Virus record (IMG/VR): IMGVR_UViG_3300031414_000008
Coordinates: 1-64,000 of that record
Source: a virus
Length of the DNA: 64,000 nucleotides
Strand: one strand, 5' to 3'
Every line of letters begins with the position of its first letter. The stretch's first letter is position 1. The position numbers and the translations under genes were made by a program. This document shows, piece by piece, positions 1 to 11,300 of the stretch. The notes under the pieces are model-generated. The model worked only from the letters and a program-made list of their open reading frames with translations. It had not been told where the DNA came from and searched no databases.

Positions 1-3000
1 AACCGCCTGCATACGCTGACAGGATAGGCAGAGTTGATGCCAGAGCCGAACTTGCAGTGAAGCCCTGCTGGGCACCGGCCAGAGTCGTGTACGACAGAAG
101 ATTCTGAGCTGCATCAACCACGAAGCCTGCACGCGGGGTTACGTTGAACGTTGTTACACCCTGGTTAATCGTCACCGGAACAGCGTAAATGCCGTTCGCT
201 GCGTCGATCACCTTGAAGGCTGCATCCGCTACACAACCTACCGTGCCATGAGCCTGTTTGTACACTGCGTTCGTCACCGGGTTGCCGGACGTCTGGTAGG
301 TCAGTTTGAACTTGATGTCGTACTTCTGGCCAGACAAGTACTGGGTACCGTCGTTCACTAGCGTCCAGATGACTGTATCGAACGCGATTGCCTTCACCGT
401 CAGATCTGGGTAGATTACACCGTTAGGAGAAGTATAGTCGAACTTGAACAGGATGTTTGCGAAATCCACTTTCTTAGTCGGCACGTAGAAACGACTGTAG
501 TTAGTGCTGTTCGGTGCTGCAGCAGGTGCTCCGTTCAGAACGTCCACGTCTGCAGTGACTCGCAGGTTCGATACGACCGAGCCGGATGCCCCGTTCAGCG
601 GCAGGCTTAAGTACTGATCCGTCACTGAATCCGCAAGTTGCTGATTGTACGAGTAAATCGTCGCACTGGCCACTTCGTTAGGGAAGACCGCGGTGTTATT
701 CGCTTTGACCTTCAGGCTGTACTTGGCCGGCAGCAGCGTCAGAGAGCCGAGACGGTAAGTGACACCACCTGATACGATCGTACCCACGATTGCCACACCC
801 TTAGTTTCTACCGAAGGGTTCACGTTCATCGTGTAGGTTCCATTTCCATTCGCTACGATAGCGCCGACAATCGGGAATGGCGGAGTCGTAAACGTTGGAA
901 TTGCAGTCGGATCCAGAGTCACACCGGCAGGCGGGGTGATACGGAAGGTGAGCGGGCTCTGCACGCTAACGCGAAGGTCTGGCGGACTGATGTACTCAAT
1001 CATTCCGGCATCGAGTACGTCTGACACGAACTTGGCATTGTAGGTCACCCCGTTGTAGGTCACAGGCATGTGCAGGGTCAGGGCGTTTCCTGCCACTTTA
1101 GGGATGACGTTGGCCATCATACGGTAGGTAGCCGTCGGTGAATCCAGGTAACCGGTTTGAAGAGTTACTTTCATATCAGCATTTTCACCCGTCCACGCGG
1201 TGTAACCAGCAGTTCCGCGGTAAATGGTTGAGCCGATCTTCAAGTTCCAGTTCATACGAGACTGTTGGCCCTTCACGAGCGTGAACAGATCCCATGATTC
1301 GCTGTAAAGGAACAGTTCCGGTTCTGCAGGAGGATCGATTGGGTAATCGACTTCCAGCACCATACCTACTCCTGCAACAGTGATGTTGAAGACGATATGC
1401 GGGGTCGCACCGTCCAGAGACACCATGGTTGGCCAGCGGTAAGTCGTTCCGGAAACCGTAGTCACGGCACCGAGGGATTGAATCGCACCGTCGAAGGTCA
1501 CGGAGTTAACCGTTACGCCTGACAGCGGGATACCGCCCTGTGTGAACTGCATGTCCAGGTTCTGAGACTCAAGCTGGCGTTTCAGCGTCAGCATTGGCAC
1601 AGCAGCGTACGCACCAGGCGTCACTGGCAGGGTTTTCACTGTCAACGTGCTCGTCAGGTTGTTGATCGCCTGCTTCACTTTCAGCGTCACGTTCATCGAA
1701 GTTGCGTTACCGGAAGGCTGAACGTCAATAGCGTACAGACCGGTCGCAGCGTCAACAACGTAAGGCGCCTTCTTGATGGTCGCATTCGTTACCGTCGTGC
1801 CAGCATCCACAGCATCCGTGATCGGCATAGAGCCCGACTTCAGGTAGAACTGTACGGTATCCTGACGGCCACCTTCGAGGTCTTTCTGCACCCAAGTCGC
1901 CACGATAGGCTTCTGGACACGGAATTTACCCTTGATGACGTAGTTACGGCCTAGCGGAGACGTCCAGAAGAACTGGAAGGTCAGGTCAGCCAGGTCAACC
2001 GGCAGGGTTGAGACCAGGAATGTCCCGCGGTACGGCGTTGCAGACATGATTGAGAAGGTTGAGAACCCAACGAGATCCTCTTCGTTCGGAGCATCAACGT
2101 CCAGAGAGTTCAGCTGAACTCCTGTGTACACCGGCTTCACGGTCGCCTGGTTGGTTTCGTACACATCGAACTGCACCTGGTTAGAGACTTGCGTTGAATC
2201 CAGCAGAGCGGTACCAGAGAAGCGAGCTTCCATGTTGAACCAAACGGAGTACTTGATGATGTGCTTCGTTACGGCGGTGCCGTTGGTCGCAGTCACGATG
2301 ATGTTCGTATCCAGCAGTTCACCAGCATACGTCAGGTTCATCGAGTACGTACCGTCAGCTTCTTTGACCAGCGTGGTCGCCGTGAACGGTCCAGTCGCTG
2401 CAGAGAACGTGGTCGTGCCTGGGTAGGCAGAACCGTCTTCCTGCACGAGCGGGAAGTTCACCTTGTTTGCCACGTACGCTTTCAGCTTCGGATCGCCGAT
2501 CGGAGTCACGAAGATGGAGTTCGCTGGGTTGATGTCAACGGAACCGGTGTACTCGGCACCCTTCCACGAGAACGTGATGTTCAGCGTAGATTGACCTTTC
2601 TGCGTCGGGATACCGTTCAGCGTTGTGCCGTTCACAGTCCACTGGTCGAGAGGGCCTTCGACTTTCGTTACGGTTACGCCAGAGATTGCCGTCGTGCCTT
2701 GCTTGAATGCCAGAATGCCCGAGGACATCAGGTTGTAGATGAACGAATCGGCCGACAGTTCAACCGTTGGCAGCACACCTTGGGCGACTGGCACGTCAAA
2801 CTTCAGGACAACGTCATCACCACGCACGGTCGCGTTAATCGTCACGTGAGCGATGTCAGAGTACGCAGAGGTGTTCACCTGCATGCGGTACTTACCGGTC
2901 GCAACGTCAACGTTCAGGACGGTCTGAGGCCAGGAGATCACTGACTTACCGGAGATCGTCACGCTTTTCACGATGAAGGCATCTGCACACGGTACGGTAC

Positions 3001-6000
3001 CACGCATCAGCTGGAAGTCCAGGTTGGTTGCGATAGCGTTCGTCTCCAGTGTGTTCAGGCTGCGAGCGGAAACAGGTGGTTCCTGCACAGCGTTCACAGT
3101 CAGGGTCAGATGGTTGGTCTGTCCAGCGATGGTTACGTCGAAGGCCAAGTCTACCGGGCCGCCCAGAGAGTTAGTCTGTACGGAAACCTTGTACACGCCG
3201 CCGCCGACAGGAACAACAGTCGGGGTGAAACCTGCTACAGCTTGACCTTGAACGACCAGGTTGCTCACAGCAGAAGACGTGAAGATAGACGGGTTGGCAT
3301 CACCACGGTTTACCTTGAACTGCCAGTCAGAGGTCTGACGGAACGGAAGCTCAGAGGTCACGCCCACGATTTGCATCGCCGGGAGCGGAGTGATGGTCAG
3401 CTGCAGCACGGTCGAAACCTGCTGGTCATATACGGTACCGGAGATTTCCAGTGTGATCGGGCCGCCGTCGTTGTTCACGAGGACATTCGGCACACGGTAG
3501 ATCTGGTTAACACCGTCTTGATAGATTGGCGTCAGTTCAGCCGTTGGAGAGACCACTGAGTCACCCACGACAGTCACTTTCACCTCGGTCATCGCTACCG
3601 GAGCGCCACCGTACATAGACTGGAAGTCGATGTTTGTTGCGATCTCAGGCTTAACGGTCGCCGTCTTCAGGACCGCAGTCCATGGACGCACGATGTCGGC
3701 CTGTGCGATGAGGTTGTAGCTGTACGTCACGCCGTCGTCAATAACATCGAAGGACACGTGAATGTCGCCACCTTGGTCGTTGGTCTTCACGGTTGTGCCG
3801 TAAGTACCGTTGTTGTTCAACTTCACCCAGTCCAGAGTTGCCACGTCAACCGGTGCACCGGAGATGGTCAGGTTGGCGAACGTTGGGGCGAACAGAGGCG
3901 CACCGTTACGCTGGATGCGGAAGGTGAGCGTTGAAGTTGCCAGGGCAGGGATCATCGGACCGACAGTGACGATTGGCTTAGAAGCTTCTGCAAGCATCCA
4001 GGTCTTCTCGACGGCGTGCCAGTTGATGTTGTTCGTTGAACCTTCGATCGAGAGCTTAACGTCGCCCGCTGGAGAACCGACTTTGATACCGCCAGTGCGG
4101 TACGTGTAGTATGGCGAGTTGCCCAGTCCCTGCAGGTTTTTAGCCGCAGCACGAACTACCGAGCCCGTTACGTCCAGAGCACGCAGGTACGGAGAACCGA
4201 TAGGGCTGCCGTCGTTGGTGATAGAGAACAGGATCTCCTGACCGTCAGTCGCAGACGCCAGGCTTGAAGAGGAGGTCAGACCCCATTTCTTCGCCTTCTT
4301 GGCATACGAACGGTAGACGAGCGGGTACACATCCCCGTCGATCAGTGCGTCAACGTGAATCTCCACGTATTCACCCTGGCCGTTCGTCATTACGTTGAAA
4401 CGGTACGTTCCGGTCGCTGCGTTATGCAGGGCGAAGCCGTCGTAAGATTCAATCGCAACGCCGGTCACCACGCCGTTAGACAGGATCGCATCCCCAATCG
4501 GGGCGTTCTTGGTTGCCAGCTGGAAGTACACCGTCTGGTAGAGCTCAGGCTCTAACCCGTCGACAGGGCCGAGGTACGGCAGGTTGTCGTTCGGACCAGG
4601 TGTGCCGCCAGGGCCGGAGCCAGGAGGGGTCACACCAGGCGGTACGCTTGGGTTGGTGACCACTGGACCCGTGTCCTTAGAACGGATCGTGACGTTCAGC
4701 GGGTAGGTAATCCCGTCGATCTTCACAGTACCGGTGAACGAAATGTTGCCACGGTCTGGACCAGGCAGTAAGCCTTTAACCGCCCACACGCCGTGAGACA
4801 CTTGCTCAAGCTTAGGAGAATCCATAGACACGAACGCCGGGCCGGAGCCTACGATGTTGCTGTCTTCGAGATCCGCGTCAACGCCATCAACCTGGAAGTA
4901 CAGGTTGTAGTCAGCCTTCACGGAACCTTCAGGGATTACGCCCTTGGTGTCCACGGTCAGCTTCGGCATTGCTTCGGTGTACGAGTTGAACACCAGGGTG
5001 TACGAGTAACCCTTGAGCTTGTACGGAGCGGAGATACCGATCGGTGCCTGAGAGACAGGTGCCGAGGCCACTACGTTCTTGATCTGGTACTCACCGGTGT
5101 TTGCGTTGATGGTTTCAACCACGCCGTCATAAGACGCTACGCCGCCGCCCGACAGGGTTGCGTTCGAGAACGTCAGAGCCAGTGCTGCACCGTTACGCAG
5201 AGCAGTGAACTTCAGCGGACCTTGAGTGGTCGGACGGTAGTGCGTGATGTTCGTCGCAACGACAGCCGCTACCGGGTTAACCGCTACGGTCGTGCCCAGA
5301 GTCTGGTTGAAGCCCTGCACCTTACCGGTCACAGAGATGCTCAGAATGCCACCCTTACCATTCACGTTGACGTTCTGGATCTCATATTTACCCACACCGG
5401 TACGACGAAGCGTGCCGAAGGAAATCAGAGAAGGTCCGGTAACTACAACGTTTGGCGTGCCGAGATCGTACAGGTTACCCTCGAAGAGAACTTCGATCGG
5501 TACTGCCTGGCTCATTTCACCCGTCAGTGCTGGACCGGTAGAGATCACCATTGCCTGGCTCAGAGCTGCTGCAGAGGTGTAGAACAGTACGTTGTGATCT
5601 TCTCCATCGACTGTCAGTATCGCCGTAACGTTAACCTGACCCCCGCGATCGTTGGTCACGACCTTGAGACGATAAACGCCCTGGCCAACCGCTTCGACCG
5701 CACCTTGCACCCCATTAATAGGAGCACCATTAACGGAGAATTGCTTAGCGACTACGCCTACCAGTGGCGTCAGACCGCCTAAACGCTCCTGCTCAACGCG
5801 GAATTCTAACCATTCGGTCGCCGCTGCAGGCAGAGTGTTCAGGGCAACGGCAGTCACCGGAGTCGACTTCGATGTCAGGTCGAAGAAAACAGGGTATGGA
5901 GTACCGTTGGTAGTGATGTTGGTGCGAACAGCGATCGGTCCGCCCTTATGGTTGGTCGTGACGCGGTACGCGTACAGGCCAGCCGCTGGGTCCAGAGCAA

Positions 6001-7069
6001 CCAGTTCTTGCTCAACGCTTTCGATCCCCGGACCGCGAATGTCAGTCGTAGAGAATTGGGCGTTGGTGATCGGCAGGTTACCTTCCACCCACTTCGCGTA
6101 GAAACGAATAAGTTGGGTCTGGTTGGCTTCCAGGATCTGGGTGTCCGGAGTGATGAATACCGCTGGGGCAACAGCAATGTGTACGTCTACTTCTTTCGTA
6201 GCGATGTAGCCGCGACCGAAGTCGTACGTGCCCACAACCGGTGATGTACCCGGGGTGTCGCCTGCAGTTGCACGCATTTCGTAGATCGCCTGGGCGGAAT
6301 CAACGAGGGTGAACGACAGGACTTTACGGATCAGAGAGTCAGGTTGTGCCTGAACAGGGGTAGCTACCGGCGCCGGAACGCCTTCCATCAGCAACTGCCA
6401 ACGGACGCCCTTGGTCTGCTTCTGGTTCATCTGCACGTCGATCGGAACGACTGTCAGGACTGGTTCACGCACAGTGATGCGTACCGGTGCTTCATAGACG
6501 TTGTTACCGAGGGATGTACCGGTGATTTCGATGCTGATCTGCTCGTCACTCGGTGCCATGGCGGTGTAGACCTTCAGCTCATAAATCCCGGCAGTCGCGT
6601 CCACTGGGACCAGCTGCATGGATGAGAACTTGCTCGTGAGCTTGGCGTCAACAACCGGGTTACCACCGAAGGTAAACTGCATGCGAATGCTTTCCTGAAC
6701 ACCTGGTTCAAGAACACGGTAGGTTTGCAGAGAGGCAAAGACTGCTCGGGACAGTACGAATACGCCCGTTGCATCAAGTCCGAAGTGGATAGGGGAGTCA
6801 TCGCCTTCCTCATCGAGACGTACACGGAAATAGTCGCCCTTACGCATTTTCACGTTAGCGGCATCCAGTGTGATGTCTTTGATGATCTTCCAGGTATCAC
6901 GAGAGACTTTCTCCACGGCATCGGATTCGATGAAGTTGAAGAGGGCTTTCTCACGGGCACGGTGTGTACCGAAGACCTGGTCAATAGGAATATCGAGGAA
7001 TTCCTCGATGGCGAAAACGTTATTCCCGACGGCTTGTGTACTCAAAAAGCTTAATTTAGTAATCTGCAT
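1..7069 (-). CDS. Giant (>2350 aa) virion fibre/adhesin-like protein with tandem beta-sandwich repeats; partial, runs off window start
   Basis: Not in the ORF track because no stop lies in the window. ATG at 7069 with GAGG RBS; hand translation MQITKLSFLSTQAVGNNVFAIEEFLDIPIDQVFGTHRAREKALF...; the same frame is open where spot-checked (near 4600 and at bases 2-61); not every codon was checked. Thr/Val/Gly-rich; many long antisense shadow ORFs on the + strand. Confidence 0.8.
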   Translation of the reverse strand, partial: MQITKLSFLSTQAVGNNVFAIEEFLDIPIDQVFGTHRAREKALFNFIESDAVEKVSRDTWKIIKDITLDAANVKMRKGDYFRVRLDEEGDDSPIHFGLDATGVFVLSRAVFASLQTYRVLEPGVQESIRMQFTFGGNPVVDAKLTSKFSSMQLVPVDATAGIYELKVYTAMAPSDEQISIEITGTSLGNNVYEAPVRITVREPVLTVVPIDVQMNQKQTKGVRWQLLMEGVPAPVATPVQAQPDSLIRKVLSFTLVDSAQAIYEMRATAGDTPGTSPVVGTYDFGRGYIATKEVDVHIAVAPAVFITPDTQILEANQTQLIRFYAKWVEGNLPITNAQFSTTDIRGPGIESVEQELVALDPAAGLYAYRVTTNHKGGPIAVRTNITTNGTPYPVFFDLTSKSTPVTAVALNTLPAAATEWLEFRVEQERLGGLTPLVGVVAKQFSVNGAPINGVQGAVEAVGQGVYRLKVVTNDRGGQVNVTAILTVDGEDHNVLFYTSAAALSQAMVISTGPALTGEMSQAVPIEVLFEGNLYDLGTPNVVVTGPSLISFGTLRRTGVGKYEIQNVNVNGKGGILSISVTGKVQGFNQTLGTTVAVNPVAAVVATNITHYRPTTQGPLKFTALRNGAALALTFSNATLSGGGVASYDGVVETINANTGEYQIKNVVASAPVSQAPIGISAPYKLKGYSYTLVFNSYTEAMPKLTVDTKGVIPEGSVKADYNLYFQVDGVDADLEDSNIVGSGPAFVSMDSPKLEQVSHGVWAVKGLLPGPDRGNISFTGTVKIDGITYPLNVTIRSKDTGPVVTNPSVPPGVTPPGSGPGGTPGPNDNLPYLGPVDGLEPELYQTVYFQLATKNAPIGDAILSNGVVTGVAIESYDGFALHNAATGTYRFNVMTNGQGEYVEIHVDALIDGDVYPLVYRSYAKKAKKWGLTSSSSLASATDGQEILFSITNDGSPIGSPYLRALDVTGSVVRAAAKNLQGLGNSPYYTYRTGGIKVGSPAGDVKLSIEGSTNNINWHAVEKTWMLAEASKPIVTVGPMIPALATSTLTFRIQRNGAPLFAPTFANLTISGAPVDVATLDWVKLNNNGTYGTTVKTNDQGGDIHVSFDVIDDGVTYSYNLIAQADIVRPWTAVLKTATVKPEIATNIDFQSMYGGAPVAMTEVKVTVVGDSVVSPTAELTPIYQDGVNQIYRVPNVLVNNDGGPITLEISGTVYDQQVSTVLQLTITPLPAMQIVGVTSELPFRQTSDWQFKVNRGDANPSIFTSSAVSNLVVQGQAVAGFTPTVVPVGGGVYKVSVQTNSLGGPVDLAFDVTIAGQTNHLTLTVNAVQEPPVSARSLNTLETNAIATNLDFQLMRGTVPCADAFIVKSVTISGKSVISWPQTVLNVDVATGKYRMQVNTSAYSDIAHVTINATVRGDDVVLKFDVPVAQGVLPTVELSADSFIYNLMSSGILAFKQGTTAISGVTVTKVEGPLDQWTVNGTTLNGIPTQKGQSTLNITFSWKGAEYTGSVDINPANSIFVTPIGDPKLKAYVANKVNFPLVQEDGSAYPGTTTFSAATGPFTATTLVKEADGTYSMNLTYAGELLDTNIIVTATNGTAVTKHIIKYSVWFNMEARFSGTALLDSTQVSNQVQFDVYETNQATVKPVYTGVQLNSLDVDAPNEEDLVGFSTFSIMSATPYRGTFLVSTLPVDLADLTFQFFWTSPLGRNYVIKGKFRVQKPIVATWVQKDLEGGRQDTVQFYLKSGSMPITDAVDAGTTVTNATIKKAPYVVDAATGLYAIDVQPSGNATSMNVTLKVKQAINNLTSTLTVKTLPVTPGAYAAVPMLTLKRQLESQNLDMQFTQGGIPLSGVTVNSVTFDGAIQSLGAVTTVSGTTYRWPTMVSLDGATPHIVFNITVAGVGMVLEVDYPIDPPAEPELFLYSESWDLFTLVKGQQSRMNWNLKIGSTIYRGTAGYTAWTGENADMKVTLQTGYLDSPTATYRMMANVIPKVAGNALTLHMPVTYNGVTYNAKFVSDVLDAGMIEYISPPDLRVSVQSPLTFRITPPAGVTLDPTAIPTFTTPPFPIVGAIVANGNGTYTMNVNPSVETKGVAIVGTIVSGGVTYRLGSLTLLPAKYSLKVKANNTAVFPNEVASATIYSYNQQLADSVTDQYLSLPLNGASGSVVSNLRVTADVDVLNGAPAAAPNSTNYSRFYVPTKKVDFANILFKFDYTSPNGVIYPDLTVKAIAFDTVIWTLVNDGTQYLSGQKYDIKFKLTYQTSGNPVTNAVYKQAHGTVGCVADAAFKVIDAANGIYAVPVTINQGVTTFNVTPRAGFVVDAAQNLLSYTTLAGAQQGFTASSALASTLPILSAYAGG

Positions 7070-7099
7070 GGATTGACCTCGGGTTGAAAAGTTCTCTGA

Positions 7100-7106
7100 T
7101 AGTTTA
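7100..7106 (-). promoter_or_regulatory. TAAACTA late-type motif
   Basis: 30 nt upstream of ATG 7069. Confidence 0.6.
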
Positions 7107-7145
7107 ACAGAATCCCCGCTGGCGTCCAGAGGGGAACTGTTAAGT

Positions 7146-8300
7146 TTACGCTCGAACGGTCAGCGGGAAGCGTGGAAGTGCTAAATCAACACCGTCGATC
7201 GTCACAACGATATCGGCATACATGGTGCCGGCGACGTTGTTCGTGTAGATCGAGAACTGGTAAAGGCCATCTTCTACCTTCACGAGTTGCTTGGCGTACG
7301 TGTGATAGGACGGCGATCCGGAGAGCTCCAGGCTCTTCGTCTTCAATGTCTTCACGGGCTGGCCTTCGGAGATCACACGGATCTTGACGACCTGCGTCAG
7401 GTTCATCACGAGGGCGTCTCCAGAGATGACCTCCGAGGTGGCGTCTTTCTGGGTGACCGTGACGTACGTATTCCATGGAACAGTCCACCCGTCGATGCTC
7501 AGGACCAACCGCACGAACATCGTGAAGACGACGTCCTTCGGCGTCACTTCGAGCCCGTACACATTGTCGTGCAGGTGGTGAAGTTCGCCCGGCGTACCGC
7601 CATCGATAGACGCTGAGATCAGGGAGACCTTCGGGACGGTAAGAAGATCACGCTCGATGGTGAACGTAAGCATGCCTAGATCGCCCGCTTTCAGCGACGC
7701 CGTAGTGTTCGTGATCGTCAGGCCTGGAGGTGTGACGGAGAACGTAACGGGGTATTCGTACTGAATCCCTTCGTAGCCGAACTTCAGGTTGTACTGCCAG
7801 GAACCCGGGCGGGCCGGTGGCGTCACGTAGAATTCATAGTGTCCACCCGGAAGTGGAGTAAGTCCCGTGACCGCAACTTTCTGGCCCTTGAAGAAGAACT
7901 CGGCAGAGACCGTGTTGGTGATGCCGGGTTTGACCACGTTGTCCTGAATCAGCACGGACAAATCCGATTGCAGCAGCGTGAAGGAGCCGTTCTGATTGAC
8001 GATCACCGTCAGCCAGCCGAACGCCGGTGCCGAAGGGAGCTCGTAGTAGAACAAATCGGACTGACGGATGGTCCGCGGCCCAATAGTGATCTCCATGTTG
8101 TACGCCAGGCGATAGAACCCGTCGTCGAGATCCCGAACCAGCTCTAAGCCAGAATCGAAGAGGTCAAACGGTGCTTTCTGGCGTCGAGCATGGGACCCAA
8201 AGACCTGATCTGCCGGGATCGTCAAGATGTAGCCTTCCGGATACACTTCGTCGCCCACGGGGATGGCTTCGTTAAAGGTGATTTGGATGAGTTGAGACAT
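7146..8300 (-). CDS. Virion protein: shared N-terminal module plus Ig-like beta-sandwich domains
   Basis: 384 aa; N-terminus ...IPADQVFGSHARRQKAPFDLF shared with neighbours; beta-rich C-terminal part resembling the repeats of the giant gene. Confidence 0.75.
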   Translation of the reverse strand: MSQLIQITFNEAIPVGDEVYPEGYILTIPADQVFGSHARRQKAPFDLFDSGLELVRDLDDGFYRLAYNMEITIGPRTIRQSDLFYYELPSAPAFGWLTVIVNQNGSFTLLQSDLSVLIQDNVVKPGITNTVSAEFFFKGQKVAVTGLTPLPGGHYEFYVTPPARPGSWQYNLKFGYEGIQYEYPVTFSVTPPGLTITNTTASLKAGDLGMLTFTIERDLLTVPKVSLISASIDGGTPGELHHLHDNVYGLEVTPKDVVFTMFVRLVLSIDGWTVPWNTYVTVTQKDATSEVISGDALVMNLTQVVKIRVISEGQPVKTLKTKSLELSGSPSYHTYAKQLVKVEDGLYQFSIYTNNVAGTMYADIVVTIDGVDLALPRFPLTVRA

Positions 8301-8303
8301 AGT

Positions 8304-8330
8304 TAACCTCGCTAGTATGAGGTTAGTTTA
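8304..8330 (-). promoter_or_regulatory. TAAACTA motif plus RBS-occluding hairpin
   Basis: Minus strand TAAAC-TAACCTC-ATACTAGC-GAGGTTA-ACT-ATG; the SD GAGG is in the 3' arm. Confidence 0.65.
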
Positions 8331-8354
8331 AAAGAAAAGGCCCCGAAGGGCCTT
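8331..8354 (-). terminator. Rho-independent terminator
   Basis: AAGGCCC-TTCG-GGGCCTT-TTCTTTT. Confidence 0.85.
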
Positions 8355-8357
8355 AGC

Positions 8358-11300
8358 TTAGTTGTATCCACCGACGACGTGCCAGTGGGTGCCATCGTAG
8401 AGGAACTCTGCCGATTGGCCCGGCGCTGTCAGGGTCACGAGATCGATATCCCCGGCGTCGTTAGACTCTCGGATCACCATCCCGCCGCTTGCGAGCGTTG
8501 CGGTCTTCGCCCAGTAGAGCTTACAGAACGTGCCCGCTGGAACCGGAACGGTTGAATCCTCGTGGGTCAGACGATGAACACCGGTGTCGCCCCATGGCAG
8601 CGGTTGCGTGAAGGTGAAGTACGCACGTTTCATGCCGACCGGTGGCGTCAGGTTCTTGTACTGCTCAGTGCCGCAGTCGCCGTAGAAGACGTCCTTATCG
8701 GTCGTGTACCCTTCCATCTCCCAGCCGCTCTCCTTCTTGATGAAAGTGATGGTGGAGTTGGTCTGGTTAATCGCGATCGTTTGAACGTTCTCATACTCTT
8801 CGTTCTGCACGAGCAAGTAGAACGGACCGGTTTGGGCAGGCCCACGGGTGATACGCAGACGGCAGCCTGGCGGATCGTACGTGTGAACAGCCGAGTAAAC
8901 GTCCTCAGTGTTCGTCTTGTTCCAGATACTCACGGTTTCGACCACACCCTTTGGCATCAGGTTGTAGTAGCCATCACCTTCCGCTTCGATGTAGAGGTAT
9001 GGAGCCGGGATGTCCGCTGCCGGAGCGTGGTTCACGACGATCCACTCACCCTTGGTCACGTACTTGCCGCCAACCAGAACGTCCTTCTCGTCGTAGATCG
9101 CTGTGATGATCTCACCAGGGCCGATGTTGTAGTTGAACGTCAGGTTCTCGTTCTCATCACGGACTTCAAGCCACAGCGCCTTGTTGGCCTTGGTTTCACC
9201 TTCAGCGAGCGTATCCTTCGTACGGACAATCGTGGCTCTCTGGCCTTTCTTGTACACACGCTTGGTCACGCCATCCCACGAGAGCGAACCGGTCACGCCC
9301 AGCGCCACGTACACGTCAGCTTCGAACGGACGGTCGTAGATCGTGATGGAGTCCTGCACGCCTTCAACGGCAGCGTTTACCGCTTTGTTGGACGCACGGA
9401 TGATCTCCACACTCTTGTCGATCTCCCAGCCGCCGGTACCGAAGTACTGCTTCTCTGGACGACCGTAGAAGTCGTTACCCAGATCGATCGGTTCCGCAAG
9501 CGGGCGACCGGCACGGATGTGCAGACGGTAGTTCGTGTTCTCCATCCCGCGGACCGGCAGAACGTTACGCTTACGGACTTTCAGGTCAGCAGTCGTGTCG
9601 ATCGGCATCGGGTTTGGTTTCCACTTACGACCGAAGCACGTGGTACCGTAGTCATCAGCACCGGTACGGGACATCATCGGGAGGTCGACGTATTCGGTGT
9701 ACTGGTAAGGATTACGGCCGCGGTACAGACGCAGTGTCCCAGTGTCTGGCGTCTCGTTTTCGCCGTAGAAGACCGGAATCGGACGATACCAAGTCATGTA
9801 CGGATCGTTGGAGCCGACAGTGATCATCTCTGGGTTCTTCAGGAAGACGTGAGCCTCGAAGCGTTCCGTGGTCGGATTCCCTTGAGCGTCCAGGACGAAA
9901 CGTTCACGCTGGTTTTTACCCAGTGGAATGAAGTCCGGTGCTACCGTGTCGTCGCCGACGTCAGCGAGATACTGGCAGTAGTAGTACAGATCGATGCCTG
10001 TCTCAAGGTCCCAGCACAGCGGTGACGCCACTTTTGTGCAGTACACGTCCTGGACACCTTCGAGACCGTTCCATGACACGATACGCTCCTGAGGAACGAG
10101 CTTGCCACGGACAATCTTGGCGTCATCAGAAAGGTATGCAGACCAACGTTCCCAGCCTGGAAGCGGAGAGATTGGATCGCCTTCGTTACCCTCAGCGTAG
10201 CCAACGGTCAGGCCGACCGGGTTGTTCGTAGACGCTGTGTTCCAGCCCTGGTAGGAGTTACGGATGGTCACGGTGTAGTTGTTGTTGGTCACCAGGTCAT
10301 AGTAACCGTCTTCAACCGGCATGTGAGCCCCGTCGAAGCCGCGGTGGAACTGGCAGGAGTCGAGCGTCAGCTGTGCCCCGAAGCCGCCGTACGGTCCGGT
10401 GAAGCAGTTGATGCTGTTGTAACGGGCACCGGTGATCTTCGAGAAGTACGAGTTGGTGATCGTTGCCGAACCGGAGTACAGGTTAACCTGACCGAATTCA
10501 AAGTGGCATGCATCGATGGACACCTGGTCGTAACCGTAGATGGCGATCGCACCGTTGATGACACGGGAGATTTGCATCCCGGCACCGACGTAGGAAACGT
10601 CCTCGTTGGAACCACCTTGGCCCGGAGGCTGAATGTTCCAAGACGCCCAGTTGTGCAAACGGATACCCTTAACAACACCGTTGAGGTACTCACCGTCAGG
10701 CCATGGCTCTGACTTGTCCTTCGGCGGATGGTTCACTGGGAACTGGATCTGCTCGACACGGATAACGTCACCCGAACCGTTGAAGTCCAGCTGATATTCT
10801 TCGTTCTCGAACGGTGTGTTCGCCTTGTAGTCGAAGATCTGCCAGCCATCGGTGTAGTAGTCCAGCCAGTCAACGCCCGGACGGTGATACATGATGGTCA
10901 TACGGTTACCGGAAGAACAATAGAAGATGCCGCCGCCGAAGACCATAGCACCCTTAATCCCTTTCAGGTAGTTCGGGGCGTACCAGTCGATGGAGCCGTC
11001 AGGCTTCTTGCCGTAATCCGTTTCGTAGTTGTTCAGGTTGATACCGGACCAACCGCCCACGTAGGCTGCGATGTAGATTGTCTCTGCCGGTGTAGAGCCA
11101 GGAGGGATATCGGCAGGCAGGCTTGCCAGGTTGCGGTTCCCGTTGAAAATGAACATGTAACCACGGATGAAGCCGCCCAGATTCCCGCCCAGGTGTGGCT
11201 TCAGAGGGATGAAATCAACGTCACGGCCGCCGTTACCCCACGTTTCACCGCCGCACAGGTAGACGTTCGCAGGAACCCAGCACGTCTTGGTCAGAACGTA

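Noticed and set aside
2124-7054. Many + strand ORFs (up to 329 aa) over the giant gene
   Set aside because: Antisense shadows of a codon-biased minus-strand gene; no RBS or promoter support and low-complexity R/V/H-rich translations.
7104-7143. 40-nt interrupted hairpin after the 384-aa gene
   Set aside because: Real inverted repeat but no U tract and no second example; most simply an mRNA stabiliser or processing stem.
8562-10025. 487-aa + strand ORF
   Set aside because: Antisense to the tailspike gene; same shadow artefact.
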